DNA from: Atractiella rhizophila
Taxonomy: Eukaryota
Assembly: GCA_021432655.1 (NCBI GenBank)
Contig: MU271331.1
Location: 56,144 to 89,853, forward strand
Length of the DNA: 33,710 nucleotides
Direction: 5' to 3'
The notes under the pieces are model-generated. The model was not told where the DNA came from. It worked only from the letters and a program-made list of their open reading frames with translations, and made no database searches. This document shows positions 1 through 11,348 of this stretch, piece by piece. Made by a program: the position numbers and the translations under genes. Numbering within the stretch: position 1 is the first letter of the stretch; each line of letters starts with the position of its first letter.

Positions 1-626
1 AGAAACTCCGCCTTTATCTGTTGCTCAAGCGGTGGCGGCTCGCATCCACCACTTGTTTAAGCAGTCCGAATAACCAACCGCACTCGCACGTCCGACCCAC
101 GTAGATTTGTAGTCCCCTAACCGCAACCCATGTATCCAACTGAAAATTCCTTGTCGAGTGCCGATATAGATCAGCTTCATTCAAGCCCTGTCAAGGAAGT
201 TCTTCGCTGCTCAACTTCGCACGTTGCAACGGGTAGAACTTGCCGAGAGCGAAGTCCGTCCTAGTTTGATCTGAATAGGATTTCCCAACCTGCGGGCTGT
301 CACGCCAAGCCCGCCGCCCTGCCATTAGGTGCGCTTCGAATGCAAAAATGTGGGAAGGTGGGAAGCCGTGCGGGCGCGTTGGCGCATATACAGACAAGAC
401 GCAGACTGGCTGAGGGGAGAAAGGCAACAGCGGTCTTTCGTGCACGATTCGATGTGTGAACGTGAACATCAGCTGAAACTGTTCCTTGGTACATACATTT
501 GCTGAGACAAGGGTAGATGAGCGGCGTGGGATATATTCTTAGCCATAACTGAAAGTGGGCAAAGCAATTATCGGATCAATGCAAATATCTGGCACATGGA
601 TCAGCGGTTAATATCAGGATATCGTC

Positions 627-2563
627 CTAGACGCACCTATCACCAGGTTTCTTGTCCCATACCTTCAGCCTCCCTAATCCCGTCCCCGAGTCGGCATCCT
701 TAGCACCACTTTCATTCCTACTTGACAAAATATCGACGCGATAGACGGCATGCTGAGAATCTGAAACAAATCGTCAAGGAGGATAACCAATGCCGGTATC
801 AGCGACAGGATAATACACTGACTTGGAATGTCAACCCATAACGATTTGTACTTGAAGTCCCCATGCGTATTCTGCTATACTTTTAGTACCCCGCAGTTCT
901 AGACTGGGCATCGAACTCACCTGCTCAAACTGCGCGACACATTCTCCCGTCAAGTATTGCGCGAAACGCGGCTTCCGTCTCAAAATCTCTGTCCCACCTG
1001 TGCTTTTCCGCTCTCCCTTCCCCGCACCTAACCCCAAACTTGGGATGAAACCCCTGAGAAGATCTACGAAAATGGATTTCCACCATTCTATCCACGATGG
1101 CTTTTCCTCGACAGGTGGTGGAGGAGGAGGAGGAGGGAGGGTTATCTCTTCCCCACGAGCGAACTCCCGTGCCGTGAATGGCAACGGAGGGATGTAAGAG
1201 AGGAGTTGATTGTACCATCGTACGAAAAACCATTCCTGTTCCGAGGCAGGGTGGCTCGAGGTCGGTGGAGACGCTTCGATCATGAAATGGAGAATGAGGC
1301 TCTCTCTCCCCGTTGATGGATCTTTCATTGTGCTGGTAGCGACCCGGTGATTCCGCCGACGGGAGTGGGAGGATTGCGGCGCGAGAAACTTGAGCGGATG
1401 TGGGAGGATGGAGCGGAGCTGTGGCCGGTAATGAGAGACTCCTGAGCGAGTGACGGGAGGGTGGAGAACGACCGTACCTCTGCATCGGCTTTAACCCTAC
1501 CATGACAGTTAGAAGTCCGCATGGGATGGAAGCCAGGAAAGGACGAACCGATCGGCTGCATCGTTGAATAGCTTCGTTGGAGAGTTGTGAGCTACAAGTT
1601 CAGAAAGTGTGGTGTATCCCTGCACACAAAACGCACCACCATCAACGTTCGCACGACAACCATCGAGCAATGCAGAACCTGGAAACAAGTTCCCTTGGCA
1701 GAACACAGTGCTTATCTACGCATGAGCGAGCAGATTCCAAAGGGCTGAATACAAATTGTGAAAGGATCTTCACGGAATACCTGCGCTGTCTCAATGCAGT
1801 TTGCCAACCTGCATAAGACCGAAACTTCTTATGCCCGAAAGGTCGAGAGTAGAACAACAACGGCGTGTAGGTCAAAACTAGAACTACAAGACAAAATGAG
1901 GGGACAGTGTTCGCGAAACATTGGCAATCCCTAGCTTTCGTTCAGGTGGGGTAACAAGTTGTCCCACTTATGTTTGAATTTCCTTACACCAGAAGACCGA
2001 TAATCTTGTATGATAGAAGGACGTCCGAAAGCGGAAATCTGTCGATATTCTATCTGATTCTCGTCGATTTTGCGACTAAATGTGATCACGTGATCCACAG
2101 AAACATGCTGACACTGTTGCAGGAAAGACCAACGATTAAGGGCAACAGTGCCAGTAAAAGCCCTTCTTAAAGGATACCAACACCATTCCTTTTTATGTGG
2201 AAAAGAACTTACCACTAACCCCACTAATCCAAACCCAACAAGGAAGATAATCCCGTCTCTCCCTTTCCTTCCCGCCCTCATTACTTTCTCGCTAAGCGTG
2301 AGGTCTCCCCACCTCCCTATCTCGTATCCATGGCCCAATCCCTGAGGTTCTGGGACACCAAAAGGGCTGGAAGGGTTGTTTCGAGGGAAGTAGGAGGAAG
2401 CTGGATTTCCTGGAGAAGAGGAGTAGTGCCGCCGCGATGGCCGAGATAGACTGGCACCAGATATATGGCAGAGCTTGGAGCTAGAGCATGATGGCGAGGA
2501 GATAGCGGTACGAGCGAAGTTGAGAATCGCTCGACCAGAAGTGCTAGAGGGAAGAGTCTGCAT
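627..2563 (-). CDS. TIM21: Mitochondrial import inner membrane translocase subunit Tim21 (6 exons: 2563-2213, 1619-1549, 1496-1478, 1418-921, 871-823, 760-627)
   Basis: Manual splicing at GT-AG sites gives one continuous frame. It has a Ser/Arg-rich presequence, WGDLTLSEKVMRAG, a single TM (IIFLVGFGLVGLV|GYTTL), SELVAHNSPTKLFNDAADRVKAD, RRRNHRV..KDPSTGRESLILHFMIE and GDFKYKSLWVDIP, all typical of fungal Tim21. The last exon is less certain. Confidence 0.85.
1620..2212 (-). other. Unusually long (593 nt) stem-rich first intron of TIM21; possible host of a structured RNA
   Basis: GTAAGT donor at 2212 and TGTGCAG acceptor ending at 1620 join exons 1 and 2 in phase 0. Several inverted repeats lie inside (2112-2120/2142-2150; 1811-1818/1827-1834; 1899-1932). 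Confidence 0.7.
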
Positions 2564-3239
2564 CTTTGAGTTGCACGCCGGCACCAATTTGATAGATGCG
2601 TTCTTGGAAATATGATCCGACTGTATGATATTCTGGACAGCTCTTGCTGACCAGAGCTGATCCTGACTGATCCAATCCTTGCACAAGTGTGAGGCGCACA
2701 GACTGGTGACGTGACTGGGGTTTGTGGATAGAAGGCTTTTTCTAACCTTGTTGCCTAACAAGGGGATCACGATCGGGCACATGGCTCCGAATATTTGCAC
2801 CACCACGACTTTTCATAACATGTGCTAGAGGAATGGCTAGGAAATGTCGCGGAAAGACTTTGGAAGTATGACAAGAGTATGGCGTAGAGTTTGGAGTTCG
2901 GGATGAGATGAACCTTGTTGGGACGGGAACGGGACGCAAGTGAGTGCTCTATGCCTTGTTGGACAGAAGGATGAAGGGATGCATCATTGTGCAAGATCTA
3001 GTGACGGCTGCGCAGAAACGTCCTTGTGCTTAATTTATCACAACAATTTTGTGTTGAAATTTGGTCTCGCATATCCTTCTCGCTCTCGCATGACGCTAGA
3101 GGCTCCAATTGCTTTTTTTTGTTGCTCTCTCTGTTGACCGTGGTAGCTCTGAGTGGAATGATACGCTTTGACATTCACTTCTGCCTCACTGGAATGGTGT
3201 GGGCTATGATGTTGTGTCGCGCTGCAATGACTTGACTCA

Positions 3240-4809
3240 TCAACTTCCCTGAATCTGACTTCCTTATTTGTGAATTCTATCTCTCCACCAACAAATGAAG
3301 AAATAAAGAAGCAGTTTCCCGTAGACATGTGATACGCGTTGCCACTCAGCGAAGAAATATGGGGTCCAAGATCCATGTCTTCTTATCTTTGCGATGACAT
3401 CGAACGTCGATACTGGACCTTGACGTTTCTGCGCAGTGACATGAGCCCAAGGTATCTTGAAATGTGGGTCTGCAGGTGCTCCAATGTTCGTACTCTTAAA
3501 GCTTGACGAAAGGGCGTAAGTTGTGATTGTAAGGGAAGTGCAAGCCTGCCATTTCCTTCCACAACTTTTGAGCGGTGCTCCAGCATTCGTGCCATTGAAT
3601 CAATGTCATCCCCTTAACTCAGTTATCCATTGAGAACACATTTTGTTTTTGGTTTAGCTGGATGAGACAGAGGTAGTTTGATGAAGTGCGCCATGTCTCT
3701 CGGGCGATGTGATGGAAGTAAGCTTCGCAGTGCCCTCTCTCGTCCGATCGATCATTCCATTGAAACCTTTATCAGGAATGGAACGCTCCCCAAGTTCTTG
3801 ACGGGAGTTGGCTTAATTTCAACCCCTTTTCTCAGCTGGCCAAGTGTAAACAAGGCAAGCAGTCTAACAGTCCAACATTTGATAGGGTCCACTAAACGAT
3901 TCAGCGGAGATTCACGCGCTAGACCTCTGAGAAGTTTGGAAGAGGTCTAGGCGCCAGAACTGTGTCCTTCAACATACCTATCGTCTCCAAGTTTAGGTCC
4001 GCCATTCAAACAAGATACTGTTTTTGGCACTGGTGATAGGCGACGATTGTCCGATTGTGGTTGTGACTTCGTGACTAGAAGAGAGGAGATTGGTCGGCCG
4101 TCTGTTCAGCTTCCAACTCGGAGAGCCACCTTGACTTTGGTTGCCAATCTTTGTTACCCCCGCTTTTGACGCTTCTGTCCCCGTTAGTCGCGAAATTTTC
4201 TCAACGAAGAGTTTGGTGATTTTGCGGAATTTGCTCGTACGCTCGTACGAGACTATAAGAAGCTCAGTGTTCCCTACATTGATTGATGAGGATTGGACAA
4301 ACCCTGCCTCTCTTCTTTTCTCACTGCTCTTATGGAATGACCAGAGGTTAAGTATAGCGACTGGAACGTTCCTCAGTTTAGACATTATCTTGAAGGCTCA
4401 TTAAACAAAATGAACAAACTAAGGAGCACTATTTTATTTCCTTCTGTGTTCGGCTCTGGTTCTGGGAATTATCCAGGAGCCACACATTCGGGAGAGATGC
4501 TCAACCTCTGCCGACCTTCGCCCTTTTGAGCTCACCCACGAAACAGAAGCGACAATTGACGACATATTCATGGTGTCTGTCATTCGCCATCCCTTCTCGA
4601 TCTTCACTTCAACTTGTTCCACTTTCCAGTTGTATTCTCCGCTCATCGTTGGACCTCGCTTTCTTGACGTAAAGCTGAGCGGTGGTCGTCCAGAGTCAAC
4701 AAGGTGCCAGAGACGCCCACAAAGCTGCCAAGCTGGTATCAAGCTTGTCAATCCAAGTGAAAGGGCTTGTCCCCTCAGCCTGGCTCTGCTAATGATTGAA
4801 TTACACTGA
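3240..4809 (+). pseudogene. Possible decayed gene (LRR/F-box-like character), interrupted by stops
   Basis: Protein-like + strand text (SLNLTSLFVNSISPPTNEEIKKQFPVDM*...RYLEMWVCRCSNVRTLKA*) with same-frame TGA stops at 3330 and 3504. A GTAAGC...ATCAG intron-like segment lies at ~3718-3776, followed by ORF fragments 4141-4404 and 4570-4809. The family assignment is weak. Confidence 0.25.
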
Positions 4810-5438
4810 AATTAGCACCAGCGGCGACTTTTGCTTCCTTTCCCAGGTGCTGAGGTTTACGTTGGTATCCAAGAATTTGTAACAGGGCGAACACTACGTC
4901 GTTCCTCATGGACTCATTAGGCTAACCCGTTTTCTTATGGGTTCTCAATACATCCTCTCCTCAGCCGTGGACCTTTATGCACAATTGAAGCTCAATTGAA
5001 GCATCCTGTAATTCGGCCGTCTTGATCGACAGTTACCATTCTGTTGGGCTTTAATCTCCTGGCGGCCACTGTTCTCGCTGTGGCCCACAAAGTTCGCAAA
5101 TCCTGACGAACCTCTGTTTCTTGGTGGCTCTCCATTTTTGGCTCGTCTCCCGGCACTTCTGGAGGCACAAATGTATGCTTACGTCTTAGTCTGCGCTCTT
5201 GAGCTTCTGTAGGCGGAATGCGAGACTTCTAGCCAAACAATGCGGGTGGCATTCATTCAGAGTTCAAAAAGGACTGAACAGGCCCAGCTGAAAGGCTTCC
5301 AAATTGACCTGATAAGGTCGAGCTCAGCTGAATGACAAGGTTAACTTAAATGGAACTGAACTTGAGGAGAGCATAAAAGAGCCCTTCCTCCTCCATCTCA
5401 CCCTCTTCCTCTCCCAAAACTCTGTTACTCTCACGGCC

Positions 5439-6517
5439 ATGAACACTCATCCAGAAGATACCACTCCACGCTCAAACCGGTCAGGATCGACAAACACTCA
5501 GCGGCTCGAGGACCCAACCGAAGGGTTTTACGTCGTTCCTGCCCATTGTCCCTCTTCAGCCCACCAAGAAACGAACACGGAAATTTACGATGCTGGAGGG
5601 GCGAGAATCAAAGACCTGGAGGTGAAAGCGAAGAAGCCGAAGAGGGTGCAGGCGAAACAGGCGTGTTTCGAGTGCAAGAGGGTGCGATTTCAACGACTTC
5701 TCCTTCTTTCCTCTGAGTGGGTGAGCTGACGAATTTGGAACGGTTTAGTCTTCGAGGAAGTGCGAGGACGTCAGACCGTGTCCGCGCTGCGTTGATCGCT
5801 GCCTCGATTGTTGGGATGTAGCCAGGAAACAGCGAGGACCGCGTCCTGGAGCTCGAAGAGCCAATCTTGCAGGAGGTAAGCTTTCCTTCTTTTGAATGTT
5901 CCATGCTAATTCATGGCTACGAAGCATCCAAAATACCACAAACTGCTCAATTTTACCCCTACGGTCATCCGGCATTCGCACAGTTCGCACAGTTTCATCA
6001 GTTCTCTCCCCCACACCCACAAATGCACTTCGTACCCCAAGTTATGTCGCAGGATGCCTCCATGGGGCTGTACCGCCGTCAAGAACGGATCTACAACTCC
6101 TCTCCACCTTTCTCACCCTATGGTACTGGACTGTACAATCTTCTTCCTCCAACTCATCAAATCTCGACCTTTCCGTCCGTTCCCGCCTATGTTCAAACAA
6201 CCGTCTTCCCTACCAGCCCTCCACAAACGAAACTCTACTCTCACCCACCTTCGAGTCCGCCCGCGAGCACAAGCACCCCTTCTCCTGTCCTCCCTCGTCT
6301 CCAATTCCATCATCGATCGAGCGTTAGTGTCTCTGGACTGGACGCTCGCGTGCATTTACCCCATTCCAGTCCCTCACCAAAACGTATACTTTCAAAGTCG
6401 AGGATTGGGGAAGGAGCGGCGAGAGCAATGAGTCTGGGGAGGCTCCTGAATCCTATGGAAGACGAGGAAGAGGAGGTGAAGACCGAGATGAAGAATGAGC
6501 TGAGGGCAATGGATTGA
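5439..6517 (+). CDS. Zn(II)2Cys6 binuclear-cluster transcription factor (exons 5439-5681, 5749-5875, 5925-6517)
   Basis: Splicing yields KRVQAKQAC-FE-C-KRSSRK-C-EDVRP-C-PR-C-VDRCLD-C-WDVARKQRG (C-X2-C-X6-C-X5-C-X2-C-X6-C), followed by a Pro/Ser/Gln-rich low-complexity region. Confidence 0.88.
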
Positions 6518-8332
6518 AACTATTTATAGTTCATTCGAAGGAAGAAGGGACAGCAGCACCTTTCGTCAGTTCATTCAAGGTTGTTGAACGTTTTATTGTT
6601 TTGGTCTTGGTTGGTGAGCAATTTGTCTTCAGTCGTCAGTGGTTGCTGTAGTGCTGTTGCTGTAAAGCTGTGGAAAGTTGCTCGCTATTCCCTTTTCGTT
6701 TTCATCCTCAGTGTAATGTCTGTCTATTAGTCTTATTCTTTATGCCTCATCTGTCCTACGATCCGTTCATCCCGGCCTATCGAATATTCAAAAAAGCAAA
6801 TCAAATGTTCAATGTTACGTCCCTCTTGCATATTGCGCTTTGGTCTCTTCGTTTTGATTCTTACAATGCTGATAAAAGGGACGTGCTTTAACTCCTTTCA
6901 GTATATAACATCTTCGGGTTGTATGTCATGTCCTTGTACTGTAAATGAAAGAGTTTTTCAAACTATTTAGCTGAACCTGAGCTCCTTCCATCGATGTCCT
7001 GCCTCGAAGCGGCCTGCTAAATGAAAGTTGGAATAGAACCGATGCACGATGCAAGGCGGGTGAGGTCGCTCTGCATTCTGGAATCACCTAAGGTCTCAAC
7101 AAGCTCTTAAGTTCTCAAGTTTTCTTTTCTGGCCACCTTCCACATACAAGCTTGAGCATGTCTCAAGATGCCCTTGATCCCCTTGAACTCAAAATGTGGC
7201 CGGGATACTCGCCACTGGCAGCAGGTGCAACAACGACCTCGAACCAGAACTTCAAGTGTCTGCTCACTGAGCTCACAAGCAAAATAGTGATGACTTGGGG
7301 CTCGCCCTGAGAAAAGCGCAGGGAAAGCCGGTGGAGCATTAGGTTTGAAAGCTCCCAGTGGCCATTAGCCTCATCTCGAGCTCTCAAAGGAGAGAGGCGA
7401 AGAGGAGGCGAGAATCTCGATGATGGACCTTAATTATCAAACATTATCGGTTCTCTCTCCTTGTGCAATGTGTGACCACAATGCCCAACGATTTCGCAGA
7501 CAAAAAAAGACAAACACGCACCCACATTGACATCTATCTTCGATCGGGGATACTGCTTGATGAGATCAGCTCCAGAAGCATGTGGATAGATCCTAAAGCC
7601 ACGACAATTGGTCAGGTGACGGAGCCTTGCAGACGAGATTTCAGAACGAGATGGACGAACCGTAACGAACCCTTCTGCGCATGCCACGGGTTGAGACATC
7701 ACAACATCAGTGATGGTATGGGCGAAGAGACAGAGTCGCCCGGCAATAGCGCTTTAGAAATCCACCCAACTTGGACGCTCGGCTTTTCGCCATAATATTG
7801 TCATGAGGAGGACGTGTCCCTTCCGAAATGTGCTTTTGTTCAACAGAAATGTGCAGAAGAGTTGTAGAAGTGCGAGAGCCAGTAGATGGTTTGCATTGAC
7901 AGGGCTTTCGCTCCTGCGATCGGAGACCTATCCGTGGACAATTTAGCTCATTATGAACTCGAAAGTAGGAAGAGGAACAACCTTTACTAAAATAAATGTC
8001 CAGGCCGGTAATCCATGCCTGATAGTTTAAACGATGCCACGAAACTCAAGTACTGTGTCTATAATCCTTGGAGAATCGGCCGTGTATAAATTACAGGGCC
8101 AGGAAGTCTTGAATCGAAAATTGATCGTAAATATCATGTCATGAGGGTAAGCAAAAACAAGCGACATAAATGACAAAGGTATCTTAAATCCTCCACAAAT
8201 AATAACACTTGATGATGTTCAAACTTCTGTTCAGAAATCGTCCCAATCTCAGGAGCAAAAAACACAACAAACAGCCCGATTAGGATCAAGCATCGACAGG
8301 AGGTGACCACTCGTCTCATATCCCATTCTCAT

Positions 8333-10259
8333 TCAAGATTCGGACTCCTTAGCTCTTGCTTCGTCGCTCAACCTCCGATCCTGTTGACCTTTCAAGAACA
8401 AGATGGGAAAAGCGGTGACTGCACAGATCACGCCCTATCGACCACATCGAGGTAAGTCTCCTGTCTGTTGATAGGAGGGAGAGGTGACGGAAGGGAAGGA
8501 AGCGCGTACCTGGAAGATCAAGCTCTTCTTCATGTTCTTTGGCGGATGCGCGTCTGACCCCGCTCGCAAGGCATCCATCGCCACGATCACGACGACGGTG
8601 AATCCATTTCCAAACAGATACATGATCGAGCTAGTCGTTCCAGGGCTGACAACAGGGTAAAGGACCTCGCTGTTCCCAAACACACATCCATCAGAAGTCC
8701 ATCCATTCAAACACCAGGAATGAGGGTCAAACTCACGCGGCGAGTTCCAAGGCAACAGGGAGGAGCGAGAAAGATGCAGCACCGTTGAGGACGGCGAGAA
8801 AGTAGATGCCGGGATAATCGTTCGCTTTGATGGCCCAGATGTAACACAAATAAGTGGCGGAGATCACGGGACGAGCAGGCGGCAAAGGAGAGCTTGACGA
8901 TGAGGGAAGAAACGGTCGATTACTGGAGCCGTTATTGCAGCACCGACGAGACCAGAAAAGATGAGAGCGGCTCCGATGTATCCAGCGGCGTCAGAGGAGT
9001 ACCTAGATGAGACATTTCAGTTTTGAAGGTTTAAGGCTCAGAGACGAATGCGTGTGAGGGAGACGAACCCGTAAGGCTCGAAGATTTGGTTTACAAAGAT
9101 GGAAAACTGCCCACCGTATACATTTAGTTACTCTGCTCTCCTTATCCTGAAGATGAGAGTGGAAGACGTACAGCACCAAAGAAAGCGATGAAGACGGTGA
9201 AGGTGGAAGCGATGATGAGGAAATCCGCCCTTTTTCTTCCCGCAATCTGCATTCCGTTCCCAACACCGAGTATGGCCTTCACACCCTCCCAAACCCTGAC
9301 CTTCTCCTCTTCCGCAGCCGCTGAGGGAGGAGTGGGTGGGCGTTCCATCACCCCTAAAGCTGTGAGGGAGATGACGGTAGTGAGGATTCCAGCGAGGATG
9401 AGGAGGGTTTTGAAGTCCTTATTGTCGTCAGTAACGATCGCAGGGCTGATGATGTAGCTGATCGCTCCACCGAAAGGATTGGAGACTGCGATGAGCATGG
9501 TGCTGATCGTCCTGAAATTGGGCGACATCCACCGTTCGGAGAAGAGAGGACCTAAGACTAGGATGAGGGGTTGAGCGAGTCCACCGAGGACGGAGCCGAG
9601 AAAGAGGAGGGCGTAAGCTCCTGAGTTGGAGGTGGAGGAGAGGGAGGGGAAAGAGGCGTAACGGAGCCAGGCGCCGATGGTTTGGAGCACTGCGCCTAGA
9701 ATGATGGTGTATCGAAATCCGATCTTCGTGAGGAGGAAGGGGATACACGGTGCTACCTGTATGAGAGAAATTGTTAGTCAGATAGCTTGTTGAGGAGGAT
9801 TTATGAAATGAGGACGACGAACGATGATGTATAGAGCGCACACGATGTTCGCTAGCCAGTTTACTTTGGTCAACGACAGCCGATAATATGCGGCGGTATC
9901 GTCCGCGATAGACGAGAAGAGAACCTGCACATCATACGTCGAAGAATGTTACTTCTGCCTTGCCCCTCCCATTCGAGAGGAAACGCACCCAGTTAACTGC
10001 AATGTAAAAAGTAAACAACCATTTCACTCCCACCCGGATTTGACGGGAAGAAAAGCAACTACGTACTTGAAGACACGATGTTCAGGAGTATCATAGCGAC
10101 CAACCCAATCCACCTCCTCTTATAAACACGATAAGACGTTCCTGCCGTCGCAACCCTCCTCACAGATCCCGAATCGACAAGTTCAATCTCATCCTGCGAA
10201 CTCTTCTCTAGCTGGGTTTTGCCGTTCAGAGAACTGGGAGAAGTTGTGGACGAGTTCAT
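8333..10259 (-). CDS. Major facilitator superfamily transporter, FLVCR/SLC49-like; multi-exon, with an apparent 1-nt deletion at ~8869
   Basis: N-terminal YRVYKRRWIGL motif, VNWLANI, GAWLRY, GGLAQPLIL..P..SERW.....RTISTMLIAVSNPFGGAI and LLPVALELA; many hydrophobic TM segments. Stop TGA at 8335-8333. Confidence 0.88.
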
Positions 10260-11217
10260 GATGAGCTTCGAGAAAGTATTGATCGCACGACTTCGATGCT
10301 GTCCGAACTCGATCGTTCTTTATCGGTCGAGCTGGAGAGAAGAGATACGCACCAGATATCAACTTTGCTAGCAACTTATGCACACCAAATCCACAAAGAC
10401 CATGGATAACACACCCAGCCAGCAGCCCCAGGATGGTATTTATTCACCTATCAAAGTTCAGGTTGTCGCAGCAGAGGTCATTTGGCTAATACAAGGTGAA
10501 TACTTACCGAGGTGTGGGGACGCGCACGATCGCGCACGGGGAAGTCGGCAGTTCGTGATCTGTCAAAAGAAAGAAAAGAAACACGGCGACAATGTTGGGC
10601 AAGCAAGGGCAAGCGAGAACGAAGAGAGCAGCGCAGCCTGGTGGGCTCACGCCTGGGGCGCTCTATTAAACATCACAAACTGCTTCCCCTTCAGAATGAG
10701 CTGCTGATTCTTCCTCACATCCAAAATTCACGGCGAGAGGTCTCAAAACTTGAACTGTTTCGCTATCGACTTCCAAAGAACACCGCTTGCTCAGGCAGTT
10801 CACGACTTGTATGGCCAGTGGGGAATTCATTGTTCAGGAATAGCAACGAAGGAGAATTGTCGCCATCTCGGCTTCCTTTGAAACTGCAGAGGTGAGCTGG
10901 CTGCTATTGCTCTCGGACTGGGCCTGAACTCTGGAGGAAAACGGAACGCCATGATATTCATGTGCGACGTTGAGTGAAGGGATTGCTTCGATCTTACTAA
11001 GACTCTGTGCCACGCCATCCTACCAGCTCTTCATGTTTTGAAATGGCTCTTACAATGCCCTTCTCAAGGCGAGGAAAACATAAGGACATCTCTCGCTGCA
11101 CTTGGAATCATGACGTATAACCGTTCTGTACTTGCTGAAACTGCCCAGTGCTGAGTCTAGTCTACTCTAACCTGCCAAGTCGTTTGCTAAAGCAGACCAC
11201 AACATTTGACGGCAAGG

Positions 11218-11230
11218 ACGCGTGACGCGT
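11218..11230. promoter_or_regulatory. Tandem ACGCGT (MluI/MCB-like) boxes upstream of the CSC1-like gene
   Basis: ACGCGTgACGCGT is read directly. It lies in the divergent intergenic region about 120 nt upstream of the candidate ATG at 11349. Confidence 0.35.
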
Positions 11231-11348
11231 TGGCGTCCGCAGCAAGCTTTACTTTCTAACTTCTTGACATAATGCCTGTTGCAACCGCATCTGTTTACGT
11301 CCTCACACAATTTGTCTCATTTTGATTGTGTTTCTTCTTATTTTGATC

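Noticed and set aside
1..500. Possible gene end at the window edge
   Set aside because: Only short frames without recognisable motifs; cannot be supported from this window alone.
5726..5739. 14-mer CTGACGAATTTGGA shared with an intron at 27422-27435 (-)
   Set aside because: It includes the constrained branch-point motif, and no further similarity extends beyond it.
7158..7870. Possible transposase or gene relic (ORF 7463-7795, HIDIYL..LDEI)
   Set aside because: No DDE motif, no terminal repeats and no coherent splice model; too weak to call.
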